From Monocercomonoides exilis PA203 (Eukaryota > Protista > Preaxostyla): DNA of 64,000 bases. Location: positions 1,922,001 through 1,986,000 of the forward strand of contig LSRY02000006.1 of NCBI GenBank assembly GCA_001643675.2, read 5' to 3'. Of the stretch, positions 22,701 through 35,300 are shown one piece after another (position 1 is the stretch's first letter; each line of letters begins with the position of its first letter). The position numbers were made by a program, and so were the translations under genes. The notes under the pieces were generated by a model. It did not search any database. It was not told the origin of the DNA and worked only from the letters and a program-made list of their open reading frames with translations.

Positions 22701-23450
22701 TCTACGAAGGCTGCAGTTGCTATTGTGCCCAAAGAAGATATTGACGATTTGCTGCGAGATCAATCTATTTCCAGCCTTATCTCAGAAACAATGAATGAGA
22801 CGTCAACTTCTGCAGGCAGTTCATTATTCTCCTCTCAATCACTTTCTCAATCATCTTCGTCATCATTATATGTTCCATCTTCACACTTCAATTCAGACAA
22901 TCATTCCACTTTATGTACTAAACACTTCTTGAATCGCTTATGTACAGTTGCAAGCACTGTAACCATGCCATTCTTCACTTCATTGTGTCATTGTTTGTCT
23001 TATTTTGTCAAACGGCCAGAGGTTAAGGCAGTGCCTGCAACTCCATCTATGTTATATTATCCAAGTTTTACCATACGAATTGAATATCCAGGAAGACCAA
23101 GCCTTCCAACTCCCCCAACAACTCAGCTGATCGATGTTATACACGAAAACATCGCGCCAAAGCCTGAAAACGAACCAAACAATGAAAAGTGGATCATTAT
23201 TGGAGGTGTTTGTAGTGCTGTTTTTGTGATTGTTTTTGCTTCAGTTGTGATTACCATCATTACCAAACGCATACGCAAGAAGAAGAAACAGATTTTGCCT
23301 GACGAACAAGTCCCACTATCCATCAACAGTAACACATATGATTCGTTTTCACAAAATTATATTTCTGTTTTTGCTTTGGATGCGAACACTTCTGTTTCTG
23401 GGTTGCTGGTCATTCCAAAGGATGAACAATCTCCAAATATTGAAGAATGA
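16794..23450 (+). CDS. Giant Cys-rich type-I membrane protein (about 2198 aa), same family; exons 16794-18917 and 18978-23450
   Basis: A 60-nt intron (GTTTGC...TTCAG) joins the 713-aa and 1439-aa ORFs in frame. Signal peptide, GGAI repeats, CGSGKYLPC, CGNQTQPC, CGKTIDSPC, and TM WIIIGGVCSAVFVIVFASVVITII followed by KRIRKKKK. Confidence 0.85.
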
Positions 23451-23773
23451 GAGATAACTTTTTCCTATTTTTTACAATTGTTTACATAATAGTTTTGTTG
23501 CGTAAAGGGTTTTTTTAATGCTCTTCATTAACTTGGACGTAGAGAATAGCTTCAATTCAAACACTTTTGGGTTTTATATTACTGAATTTTTTTGTGAACT
23601 TTCAATTTTTAAAGAAAATATTTTTTTGTTGTTACAAATGAGTGGTGTATTATTTCTATCAAATTTGATATGTAGTTTTATACTTTTTTGATTTTTTAAT
23701 CAAAACACTTTCATTTGAATAATGATTTCAATGAAATAATAAAAATAATTTTTCTTTTAATAAAATATTGATC

Positions 23774-26700
23774 ATGCCCACAAGCATTCTTGATAAAGGA
23801 GAGCAAAAGATGCTACATTCATCTCCAAGCCAAGAATCGTTAATTTCTTTTGGTGATAATGACATCAAAGAAACAGATTCTGTGTCCACATATAGGGACG
23901 AACAAACTGGAAGAAAGATCATAAATCAGTACGTAATTTTACAAAATATTGGATCTGGCTCTTTTGCAAAAGTGAAGCTTTGCTACGAAAAAAATGCACC
24001 TGAAATTGTTTATGCTTTAAAAGTAGTAAAGAAAGCCGCTAAGAAAATGCTTGGACCTCCCCGTCGAGGAGGAAATGAAACAAGTTTGTCATTTTTATGA
24101 AATTTTCGTTCTTTATGAAAAGTTACAGACGCAAGCAAGGAAATAGCTATTATGAAAAAAACAAACCATCCAAACATTATGAAACTTAAAGAAGTGATTG
24201 ATGATGCGAAGCAGAGAAAGTTGTACATGGGTTTGAAATTAAGATGAATGTGCAATATGTACAATATTAATTTGTTTTTTAGTTATTGAATATCTTCCTA
24301 GAGGGCCTTGCTACGTTGATGGACAACCTCCACTCTCAGAAGATTTAGCACGGAAATATATGCGGCAGATCATTCTTGGAATTGATTATTGTTTGATGAT
24401 TTATTTAAGCAATTATAACAAATTTAATTTTTTTTTTTTAAGTGCATACCTATAACATTGTTCATCACGATATTAAGGTTGCAAATATATTGCTCGATAA
24501 AGATGATAATTGTAAGATTTGGTATGAAATTTGTTTTTTCTTTATTGCTTTTTGTTCAATGGAATTTTATTGATTCATTTGTGTGAAATTCAAATAGTGA
24601 TCTTGGAGTCTCACTTTTGTATCCAGAAATAAATACTCGAATCAGGGAAATCCGTGGAACTCCTGCGTATATTCCACCTGAAGCACTTCAAGGTATTGAT
24701 GAATTGTTTATATTTAATATTGAGTTCTTTCGAAAAACTATTGCTTGTATCATTCATTTTATTCGATTTTTCTGCATCATTTACACTTGTTCACGTGCTA
24801 ATTCGTCTGATGACATCGATTATTTTTGATGTTATCCTCCGTTTCATATTTCCTGTTTCTTCTGTTTCTGGTGATTGTTTAACGTGGATGCTTCCAGTTC
24901 CTCTTCCACCTGAAGGATATGTAGCATCTAAGCATGATATATGGTCATTAGGTGTTCTTTTGTACCATCTTCTCTTTGGTCATCCGCCGTTTCTGAGGGA
25001 AACTATTTGCTCGACTTATCAGGCAATACGAACTGAAGATGCTGTGGGAATATATGACGATGAGGGAGATGCAGAAGATGCAGCAGAAAAGGAAGCTGCA
25101 GAATCGGCCGCCAATAACTCGAATGAAAATGGAGTGGTACCAAACAACTTGTCAGGAGATAGCAACGCAAATAGCACTGACTCGTCACAACTGGAAGCAT
25201 TAGGAAAAAGAAGCACGCCAAATCCCAATGAAAGTGGAAGCCCTGATTCGAATGGTGAATTGCATCAGCAAGAAAGACTGCGCGGCAAAGAACTCAGCCC
25301 AGATGTTAAAGACTTGATGAGAAAGCTGCTTGAAAAGGACCCAGACAAACGGATCACTATCAAGGGCATTATGGTGTGTTGAAACAATACTATTTTTGTT
25401 GCCTTTTCAAAAGTGAATGTGTTTCATTGTTGCCATTGTGGAATTACTTGTTATGTATCTCTTTTTTAATCCTCTTCAATCTCTTTACATTTTTATTCTT
25501 TCTTCATTTTTTTCTCATCCACAAATATCACTCTTCTCATTGTTGAATGTTTTATTCCTCTCAATCGCATTCACCAGACACACAAGTGGATCACACAGAA
25601 TGGCCAGTTCCCACTCGAACAGCCAACAGGCCCGCAGTGCAGCGTGACTGTCACTGAAGACGAGATCAATGCGTCAGTCACTCCGCTGCTGTCGTTCAAG
25701 CAGATAGTCTCCATCCAGATGAAGATGAAGCACCACCTCCGCGGGCTGAGAGAGCGACTGCTCGAGCGGCGGAACTCTGCCAGCCCCGACACAAATGCCG
25801 CGTTGAAGAAGCGCTCTGCAAGCGTAGGCAGACAGCCCTTTTCGAAGCTGGGGAACACTGAAGAGCCGAAGCAGAGCGAGAGCTTGGAGCAGAAGCGGAA
25901 GCACATGCAGAATCTGACCATTGACGACCCGCTGCCGATCAGCCAGCGCGACGTAGGCGAAGTCGGAGGCTTCTGCGACGGGACAGCGAAGGACCCCACG
26001 TTCTACCTCCGGAGCACCACAAAAGCCAGAACGCACTCCCACTCCACTTCGTATCCGGAGCTCCCTTTGCTCTCTCAGAAGACATCATCATCTTCTCTGA
26101 AGAACAAGACAAGCTTCTCCCAGCTGCCACAAACACCGCTGTCGCAGTGTTCGACGATGTCCACCATCTCAAGTGATCTTTCTGAAGAGTCCATCATGGC
26201 GCCTTCCACCCCCACCTCCAACGCTTTCTTCCAGAACCCGCTCTCCACAATGGTGTCTGGCATCTCTGTGGCCACCTCGTTCGACTCTGATCGTGTTGGC
26301 TACGGCGGCTTCGAAGGCTCTTCTCCTCTTTCGTCACCGAGCTACGAGCCGCCTCGCTCACTTTCGTACTCCTCTCGCTTTCCGAAGAGCCAGACGCCGC
26401 TGTCTCCGTCGAACCAGTCGCCCCTCCGCATGAAGGCGGTTGCGTCTCTGCCTCAGCTCGGAGTCTTCTCATCAGAAATTGCGAAGGACAGCACAGACAA
26501 CCTGTACACATCAGCATCTCAGACTGCACAGGGCGTGGTTGAGTCTCCAATGTATTCTGACCTCACCGTGTCGCCTGCGGGATTTGCAAGCGACGGAAAA
26601 GGCTGGTTTGACGACGGGATCGACTGGGACGCTGATTTGGATGCAGAGTACGACAGCTCTGCGAACAACTGGCGGAAAGGCGGGCGCGGAAAGGGCTCGA

Positions 26701-29429
26701 CGACAACGCTGCACGCAGACGAGTCTGAAAGTGGGCTTCAGCCGATCTCTTCGGCTGAGACGTCGCCGTCTTCTTCGAACGACACGCAGAAGTTGTGGAG
26801 TGCTGATGCGAAGTACGAGCCGCCTCCGGTCGATCCTCCAGTTGCAGGAATGCTGAGTGCCTCATCATCGACGCGGAGTCTGCTGCGCTCGGCGTCGACT
26901 GACACGTCGAATGGCTCGAACTCTTCTCCTCTGATGAAGGCATACTCAAACGATGATGTTATGGAGCAGACGGATCTGTCTGTGCAACAGCAGCAAAAGG
27001 CTTATTCAGCCAGCGACCAGTCAATCTTCGTAATTCCATCGCTGTCTCCAACGCACGTTTCAACTCTTAAAGGTGCTGAGCCTTCCTTTTCAGACATCAT
27101 GTTTCCACTTCCAGATACACCCCAATCTCATCCGCAATATCCAACATTGAAAGCTTCTTCTTCTTCTTCTTCTTCTTCTCACAGAGCCAGCTGGGGCAGA
27201 AGCTCCCAGTCGAACATTGTGGCGACGACAACCACGTTCACATCTAGTGCCCATGCAGACATTCCACAGGCAGCACAGAGCAGATGGCTGAAGTGGAAGG
27301 AGAAGTCGCTGGCATCGTATTTGCTGCAGCAGCAGCAAAATGACTCGATTCCGCATCTTGGCTCATCGAAGTCTGTGTCCTGCCTCGCTGCAGCTGAGCA
27401 GCAATCAGATATGATCGATGCTGAAGGAAAGAACAGCTCCGCAGCTGATTTTCTGGCGCCTTCGAAGAGTCCAATCAGGAAATCAGTCTCGTCGCTGTCT
27501 TCGTCGTCTGCACTGAAGAAGTTCCACGAGAAGAATCAGCCAGACCGCTCAACTGCGCCAATAAAGACGTCTTTCAGTGCAAGCACAAGCAGAGACGCAG
27601 GAAAAGTGATGATTCCACGTGCTGTTCAAGTTCGAAGCGATGAAAATACAATGGCAAAGAGCAAAGAAGAATCATATGTGATGGAAGAAATCATTGACGA
27701 GAAGGATGTGAAGACTTCTGGAATGGACCATGAACCAATAAGCGTAATAAGCAAGAATTCTTCTAAGAGCAATGCAAATGTTTCATATTTGGACAAACCC
27801 ACAGAAATATCCCAGCTTCTTCTCCAACACTTGGCATCTCCTCCTTTTTCTGCCAATCAGTCGCTTCGCTCATCACACGATCGTCTTTCTGCATCTGCTC
27901 AATTGTCTGCTGCCTCAAAGAATCGATCTTCTCTCTCAAAGCCAGCCACTCCGTCAATCTCGTTTGTGCCTCTTTCTTTGTCTGCATCGACACATCAGCT
28001 CGAAAAAAGTGCTTCTTCAATGTCACCTCCAGTTGTGTCTGCAGCAGCAGATAATAAACAGACAGAAGGAATGAAAACAAATGGATATGTGGCTCTTGGC
28101 AAAAGAAGCCCTTCTCTGCGTTTTGAGAAACTTCATTCGAGTTTAGCTTTTGAAAGAAAATCGCAAAACAAAAAGAAGGAGAAAGACTTTGTTGACATTC
28201 AAAAACACAAAAATGATGAAAGAGATTCGAATGAAAAGGAAGACATTTCTTCTTCCGCTGCTTCTTCTGCATCTTCTGATAGTAAATCGTTTGATTTTGC
28301 TTTGTCGCCTTCCACTTCCTTCTACCGCCCAATGACATCCGCATCCACCTCTTTTCCAAGACGGAGCCTTCAAACAAGTTCCCGTTCTCTTTCTCTTTCT
28401 CACTCTTCCTCCCACCGCTCAGTTCAAACACCAACCGTTTCATCACACTCATTGCAAAAGCACAACACATACACCCCGCCAGACACTTCCGCGCCTTCAC
28501 TCATTTTGGACTCTTTGTGTTCGAATTCCACACCACTGCAAACTCATCTTGATACAGATAGCACTGCTTCACCATTTTCATCTGTGCCTCATTCACGAAG
28601 GAGCTCAGAAACTTCACAGGCACTTGATTCGGCGTCTCCTCCTTCTGTTTCCTTCAATTCTGCCAATTCGTCTCTCGCATTTTCTGCTTCTCTTCAGCAG
28701 TCGTCTTCTCCTCCTCCTGCGCCTCCTTTCTCTTCAGACATCGCTCCATCCCATTCATTTGACGGCAGCTCATCCAGAACTGCTTCCCTGTCTTCATTTT
28801 CCACAGACATCACTTCGGTCGAGACTCACACTCTTCATCAGTCATCGTCTGTCACATTTCAGCCCTTCGCCTCCAAAAAAGGCTCGTTTCGCTCTTCTGC
28901 CCTGCAAACAGCTGCTTCCACATCTCGTTCCTCTCTTTGCTCTTCTTTTGCTTCGGCAGCATTGCTCAGTCATTCACATCATTCGCCTCAGACACACCAA
29001 ACACACCAAACACTCACACACACCACGCAAAGCAATGCCAAACGTGCAGACAGGCCATCCACACAGCAGACAGACGCTGCGTGTAAATACTTTCTGAGCC
29101 GTTCTGTCGCATCGCTGCCCAAACCACACCAGCTACCGGTGAATTCACTCCGCCATTCGCTTTTGCGCTCGATTGCTTCGCCGTCTCTGTCGTCCACGTC
29201 TCCAACCTCTTTGTTCTCTGCTGTTTCTCCACAGACCCTCCACCCTGCTACTTCTGCATCGGTCCCTTTGATCAGCCTTGCGTCACACCACACAACTGTC
29301 AGGGCTGCCCCATTTCATCCTTCTTCTTTTGCTTCAAGTGCTTCTGTATCAAAAAACGGCAGACGGCTTTCCTCGTCCCTTGCCCGTCTTTCTGGTCAAT
29401 ATAATTCGCACGTACTTCAAAAATCGTAA
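23774..29429 (+). CDS. CaMKK-family Ser/Thr kinase (about 1675 aa); exons 23774-24083, 24123-24230, 24283-24390, 24443-24521, 24598-24692, 24898-25373, 25578-29429
   Basis: Spliced frame gives INQY..IGSGSFAKVKL, YALK, KEIAIMKK..HPNI, HHDIKVANILL, CDLG, GTPAYIPPE, DIWSLGV and LLEKDPDKRITI..HKWIT. Six GT-AG introns keep the frame. The first acceptor could instead be 24128. Confidence 0.88.
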
Positions 29430-29884
29430 GTGAAGAATATATTTATTCATTTTCATGTATTTTTTATGCTTTTATAGATAATGTGTTTCTTTTAGAAATT
29501 AGTTTTTGTTGTTTCATCTGCTGTGGAATATCCACCTTCTTTTTTTTTCAATTTATTTATTTCATCTTTTTGTTTCATTTGAGGCATTCACGTACGTGTG
29601 CCTATTATTTTTCATTTGATGTTGTCATTAGTAAGTTTTTTATTAAGTTTGATGGATGCCAAAATTCTGGTTTGATATGTAGCTGTATTTTAATCAAATT
29701 TGGATCATCAGTCGTCAAAGTTCTACTCTGATTTTTGTTTATAAAGTCAAAGTTGCAATTGGATTTTTGTACTTTATTAACTTGATTGCTTTACAAAGAG
29801 TTAAGTTTTTATTAATTGGTAGTTTTTTTTTCAAAGTTGAATTGAAGATCAAATTTTGTATTCTTTATTTATTTATTTGTTTGC

Positions 29885-30461
29885 ATGAGCGATTCAGGAG
29901 ATGTACAAAATATTCCAAAACGTTTTTCATTAGTTTTTGATCCTGCAATTTTCGTTATTGATTTTGTCTCTGTGAAAGACCAAAAATTAAAAAGGAGAAT
30001 GATTCGTCCACGTCATTTTGATGAAATTACAGATTGCGAGTCTATAGCTGATGATATCATTGCAAAGAATTCAGATATACTTCAGCCTGGAAAATATTCT
30101 CGAAAACAGGTTCGAATTTTTTGTTTTGAATTGTTATTTTCAACAATTCATTTGAATTTTCAGATTGTTTCTCTTGTTCAAAAGCTCAAAGAGCATTTTG
30201 AACATTCTAAAAAAGGAAGCAATAGCTTAGGTTTGTTAAATGTTCGTCTCTCTTATGAATATATTTTGATTTTAACTAGATGAGGAACTTAAAACAATTG
30301 ATCTTAACAAACTTCCAACAGATAAAGTTGAGCAAATAAAACAAAAAATGGATGGATTATTTTATTCTAATCAATTAAAGCCTGGTGATCCAGGATTTGT
30401 TTATGATTCTCGTGTTGATTTTGAATCGACACCAAAGGAGCCAAGTGATTGGGATGATTGA
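29885..30461 (+). CDS. CEP19: Centrosomal/ciliary protein CEP19 (157 aa); exons 29885-30109, 30164-30230, 30280-30461
   Basis: N-terminal PKRFSLVFDPAIFVIDF...KRRMI and C-terminal DLNKL...KQKMDGLFYSNQLKPGDPGFVYDSRVDF...SDWDD match the CEP19 family pattern as I recall it. Confidence 0.88.
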
Positions 30462-31163
30462 GTAGATTAGTTTTTTGTATTTAAAATGAAATTTTAATAA
30501 TTCGGTTTCTTAATGATCATCATTTATTTTGAACCAAAATTTCAAGTTGTCATCTGCAATAAATTAATGTTTCAAATGATGTTTCATGAATTGTTCAATG
30601 TAGTATTTTCCCTTTTTGATAAGTCTTTTGGTTTGAAACAACATATGTAGAGCAAATGCAATTATATTCTTATTTGTTCGTTTATTAAAAATTTTTGGTA
30701 AATGCAGAAAATAAGAGTACCTGAATTTCTTCATTGTTTTGTAATAAATTGCAATAAAAATCAAATTTTCATTTGTTCATGTGTTGCATTTTATTGATAC
30801 ATTTAATAAAAAAAAATTATGAATGAAAAATTAAGCAAATAATTTCATTTTAAAAACCTTTTCTTTTTTTTCTATTATTAGGCCTTTGCGACAAGGAAAG
30901 TTGTTGAGGGTTTTTTAGGTTTGAATCTAATTCAAAAATGAAAGTTACATATAAAAAATTGTAAAAATAATTATGTTGAGAAAGATAATTATTCGGTTAA
31001 ATAAACAGTTCCATCATAAAAAGATTTTAAATAGTTATTAATATTCATTTGCGGTTTTATTATCCATAAAAAATTTCAGTAACCCATTATATTATTGATT
31101 TATTACAAAAATATATATTATGGTCCACAGTAAACTTACCATAGTTAGAATATAATTGTTGAG

Positions 31164-31912
31164 ATGTTCAACTTTGTTTTGATTGCTTTAGCCTCTGTTT
31201 ATGCACAAGAAAAATGCATTTTAACTGACCGCTCCGCTGGAAAATCCTATGATTTTACCAAAGCAATGCAAAAAACAATTGAAGATGGATATGCATTCCA
31301 CAAGGAACTCTATGGAACACAGTGTGATAATTTGCTTTTTTTGAAGAAATAAAAATTTAAAATTTGTTTGAATAGTGCATATGTTTCATTTTGCAAGCCG
31401 ATCAATGGATCAAAAATTGGATGCGACAAGTTTGAAGAATATTTTTATTTTTTCATTTATTTTTTTCGTTTTAGATTGAAAAACTCATTTGCAATTTACA
31501 AGTATGACGATGGAAGATGCTTGAGTCTTGGAAAAAGCCAACAAATCATGGGCGGAGTGTGTTTTATAAAATATTTTATAATATATATCTTTTGTTTTTA
31601 TTTAGAGCGATCCTTATGTGAGCTTTGCCAATGGAGACAAATGCGATCTCGGAAGAGTGAGCTCTGTATGTTTTATATTATTTACGAAAAAATTGCATAT
31701 TTACTCAAAATTTAAACAATGATTATATTTTAGGCGAGCGTTGGATTGAACTGCGAAAAAGAAGCTGGAGTTGGTGAAATAACATACTATCGCTTCAACG
31801 AATTTTGCCTTCTTAATGCATTTGGTTTGCAAAATTTAATTTCTATTTGAATACAATATATGTATAATTTTTTATTAAATATTTTTTAGCTGATACCGAT
31901 GCTGTCTGCTAA
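31164..31912 (+). CDS. Small secreted protein, probable single MRH (mannose-6-phosphate receptor homology) domain, 155 aa; exons 31164-31321, 31376-31429, 31475-31556, 31606-31665, 31734-31824, 31890-31912
   Basis: Signal peptide and 8 Cys in an MRH-like spacing (C..GKSYDF, YVSFCKP, RCLSLGK, FANGDKC, VGLNC, FC, TDAVC*). Five 45-68 nt introns keep the frame. Confidence 0.7.
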
Positions 31913-32313
31913 ATCTGTTGATACAACGAGAGGAATATTTTTATTTTTAGAAAAAATTAGAAAATCTTTTTCTTCTTCTTATTATTTTATTACATTTCAG
32001 AGCTCAGAACTTATTTTTAAAACATAGCTGATTCTGAGTGGTGAAGAAAATTTTTATTTTTGGAAAACAAAACTACGAAATACTTTATTAGAAAAATTGT
32101 AATGTCAAAAACATTAACGAACGTTTGGAAGGGTTTGAATTTTTATGAGAATTCATTGAAATGAGATATTGAAACAAATTGGACAAAAACAAAAAAAGGA
32201 AGTGTGAAGTGCAAAAAAGCATGGAAGAAGAGAAAAAGTGAAATGTGCAGAAATATTTAAAGAAGGAGAGAGTGATGTACATATTTCGTATTGCAACTAT
32301 TAAATTCATTTTA

Positions 32314-35300
32314 TTACTCACTTAGTGTGCATAACATAGCAACACCACTTCGTATCCATTTTTCAGGAGGCTCAATCGTTGGAAGATCAAGTGCGAAAAT
32401 AAAGTTTGTAGAATGTCCTGTTGTGCTTAATACTCCGTATCTTGCCTGTGTTTTGTAAACGGGACATTCATATATGCCTTTTTTAACTGGAGCATTTTTG
32501 GCTGTAGGATCATTAGATTCACTCATCTCTTCGGACAGTTCTTGATCTTTTCTCATGGGAACTTCTCCAATTTGCTCACCATCCATATCTCTAGCTTCAA
32601 ACGATGCAAGACTTTGTCTACCTGATCCTGTTGCAGGATGCATATTATCTATTGCTTCCTGCTCAGTCATGGCTTCTGATTCTTCGGTCTCAGTGACTGG
32701 TGGAGTGCCGCGAACAACAGGCTCCAACCACAGCGTTGGCATCATGTCAAATAAGACACCTCTCTGAGACTCAACAAGATTGTGGCTCTGTAAATCCCAT
32801 CTGGCGCCTTCAAGGAACAGTCCATGAATAAATACACCTTTTGGAGCAGGAGTGGCTGGGTGGTTGTCTTCATTCATGCGGCTTGAAGTAGAAGACGAAG
32901 CTCCACCTGCCGAATCGAGTGCGAGACGACTGAAATGTTGCTTTGAGCGACTCAGGAATGAGGATGATGAAGTATTAGAAGAAGAATTCTGCTCTTCTGC
33001 TTCACGTGCTTCTCTTTTAGTGAGAACAGTGTCGGCTACGTGGCAACGGAACACGAGTGTGTCAATAGGAATCTTGGTTTGTCTGGAATGCATCTGAAGA
33101 ACACCTGTCAAGAATCCCTGGGGGAAGAAGAACCCCGGCAGCAAAAATGATGTTGGCGCTCCATTTTCAATCCATGAGTTCACGAAAGCCACACGTTCAC
33201 AGAGATCCACCACCCACGAAGCTAGCGGTTTTAAGGAAGGATAAGCAGCATCTGACCAGAGAGTTGGTACCTGGCCAATCAGAAAAGCAGAATACATCCC
33301 TTCCAAAGATGCACTCATAACAACAAGACCACTCACCGCTGCTTGTAAGTCGCGAAGAGATGCATGGATTGTTCGAAGCAGTTTGTTGAACCGCTCGACC
33401 TCTTGCTGTAGCACAATGTTTAACGGGTTGGCAGTAATCTCGCCTTGCGTATCAAGATCTTTGGTAAGTCTCTCGCCCCTGTCAATCTCTCCCAGTATAA
33501 CTTCAGACGAGGTATCATCTCCTCCAAAAGCTTCGCGAAATTCTTTTCTCCCAAAGCCAGACGGGGTCTGCGATAACCCTCCGAAGTTTGCAAAGCTTTC
33601 TCTGCGACTAACAGCACCAGAAGGCGTGTTGTATCCGCTGGTCGAGCCTGATCTCCGCATGTAAGAAGGTGTGTTAGTGCCAGACCCAGGAGTGGCAGGC
33701 GCCATCCGCACAATCACAGACGGATGAGCATGCGAATAGTCCAAAGACTTCGGAATCTGTGAAGCATATCGCTTGCACATTCCGGTGACAATGTCATCTG
33801 AAGACGGAACTGATGGGTGCTTTGCTTTGCTCTTCTTTTTGGCTTTTTCTTTATGAACTTTCGCGCTTTTAACGCTTCCTTGCTTTTCTGTTTCTTCTTT
33901 TTTCTCTTCTTCAGTTTCACCACTTTCTTTCTTTTCTTCTTCTGCCTCTCCATTTTGATCATCTTTTTTTTCTTCTGATTCATTTTTCTCATCCGATTTC
34001 TCTTCACCTTCTTTCTCTTCTTTCTTTTCTTCTGTTCCAGAAGCGTCTTTCTCTTCATTATCCTTTTCTTTTTCTCCATTTGTTTCGTTTTCCTCTTTCT
34101 CTTCACTTTCTTCTTCTTCTTCTTCCTCCAAATCTTCATCCTCTTCCTCTTCCTCATCTTCTTCTTGCGTAGTTTCTGGTGCGCTCACATTCGGCTGAAG
34201 CTTGATGATCGTCGAAAGAAGGAATCCTGTTTCTCTCTGCTGATAAGTAATATTTGCATTTGGATGGAGACCAAACACCTCAGGTTTATCACTCAGCGGA
34301 AGCTGCTTCACAAAATGCTCCATTTCAGCAAACGTGATATCCAATGGAGGAGCACTATACATTCCATCTGGGGTGATGTTAACTTCTTCATTCAAAAATG
34401 ATTTGCAGAAGAACAATTTGAATATGGCTTGGAGCGTTCGCATATCCCACACATCAGTAACACGCCCACCATAAGATATCTCACCAACAATATATTCCAG
34501 TGCTTTGAACGGAACCAAACTGGCAGCTGTGGATTGTCTGAGATTCTTTCCTTTTCTTCCGCGTGAGCGTCTATGTTGTCTGTGTGATTCATCACCATCT
34601 CCACTTCTATTTGTTTCTTCACCGCTGACAGCTTCCTCATCTTCATCAACAAATTCATTGTCTTCCTCGTCCTCTTCATTGCCCATTTCATTTGCATCAG
34701 AGTCAGCTTCACCGCCACTCCCCAGATACTCATACAGCAACTCGCGACTCACATCCAGATCAGCCATTGTCCAGTCATACAAAATATTCCAGCCAAGCGG
34801 ACCGAACTTTCTTCTCTCTTGTATCACTGCGTGGAAGAAGCCCAACCCAAAGAGAAGTCTGTGCCACTCTTCTTTGCGCCAATGCGAGTCGAAGTGCTCC
34901 TCAAAGGAAGAGAGAGAACGGAGAAGATTTACACGAAGTCCTCGAGGTGGTTCGTTGGTGATCTTGATTGAGGTCTGCAGCACAGGAACTGGGAAAGCCT
35001 TTGATGGCATTGAAGTCAGGAAGAGACGGAAGTCTGGGTGAAGTTCAGCATCAGGAGTCGAGAACTTTTCAACAATTGCTTCCATAGACGGCATCCACGA
35101 TGTGCACAGATGGCAGTTCTGCAGACACACCCACAGCCCTTCTGCTGTACCTTTTCTGATAAGTGCCTCGGTTGAGGGACCTTGTCCTTGCCCCAATGAT
35201 TTCAGAACAAGGCGCTCAACACACCCAGAGTCCATTGCAAACTGACGCAGCATCGATGCAGGATCTGTTCCAGGAGAGAGAATAAATACAATTGGAGTTG

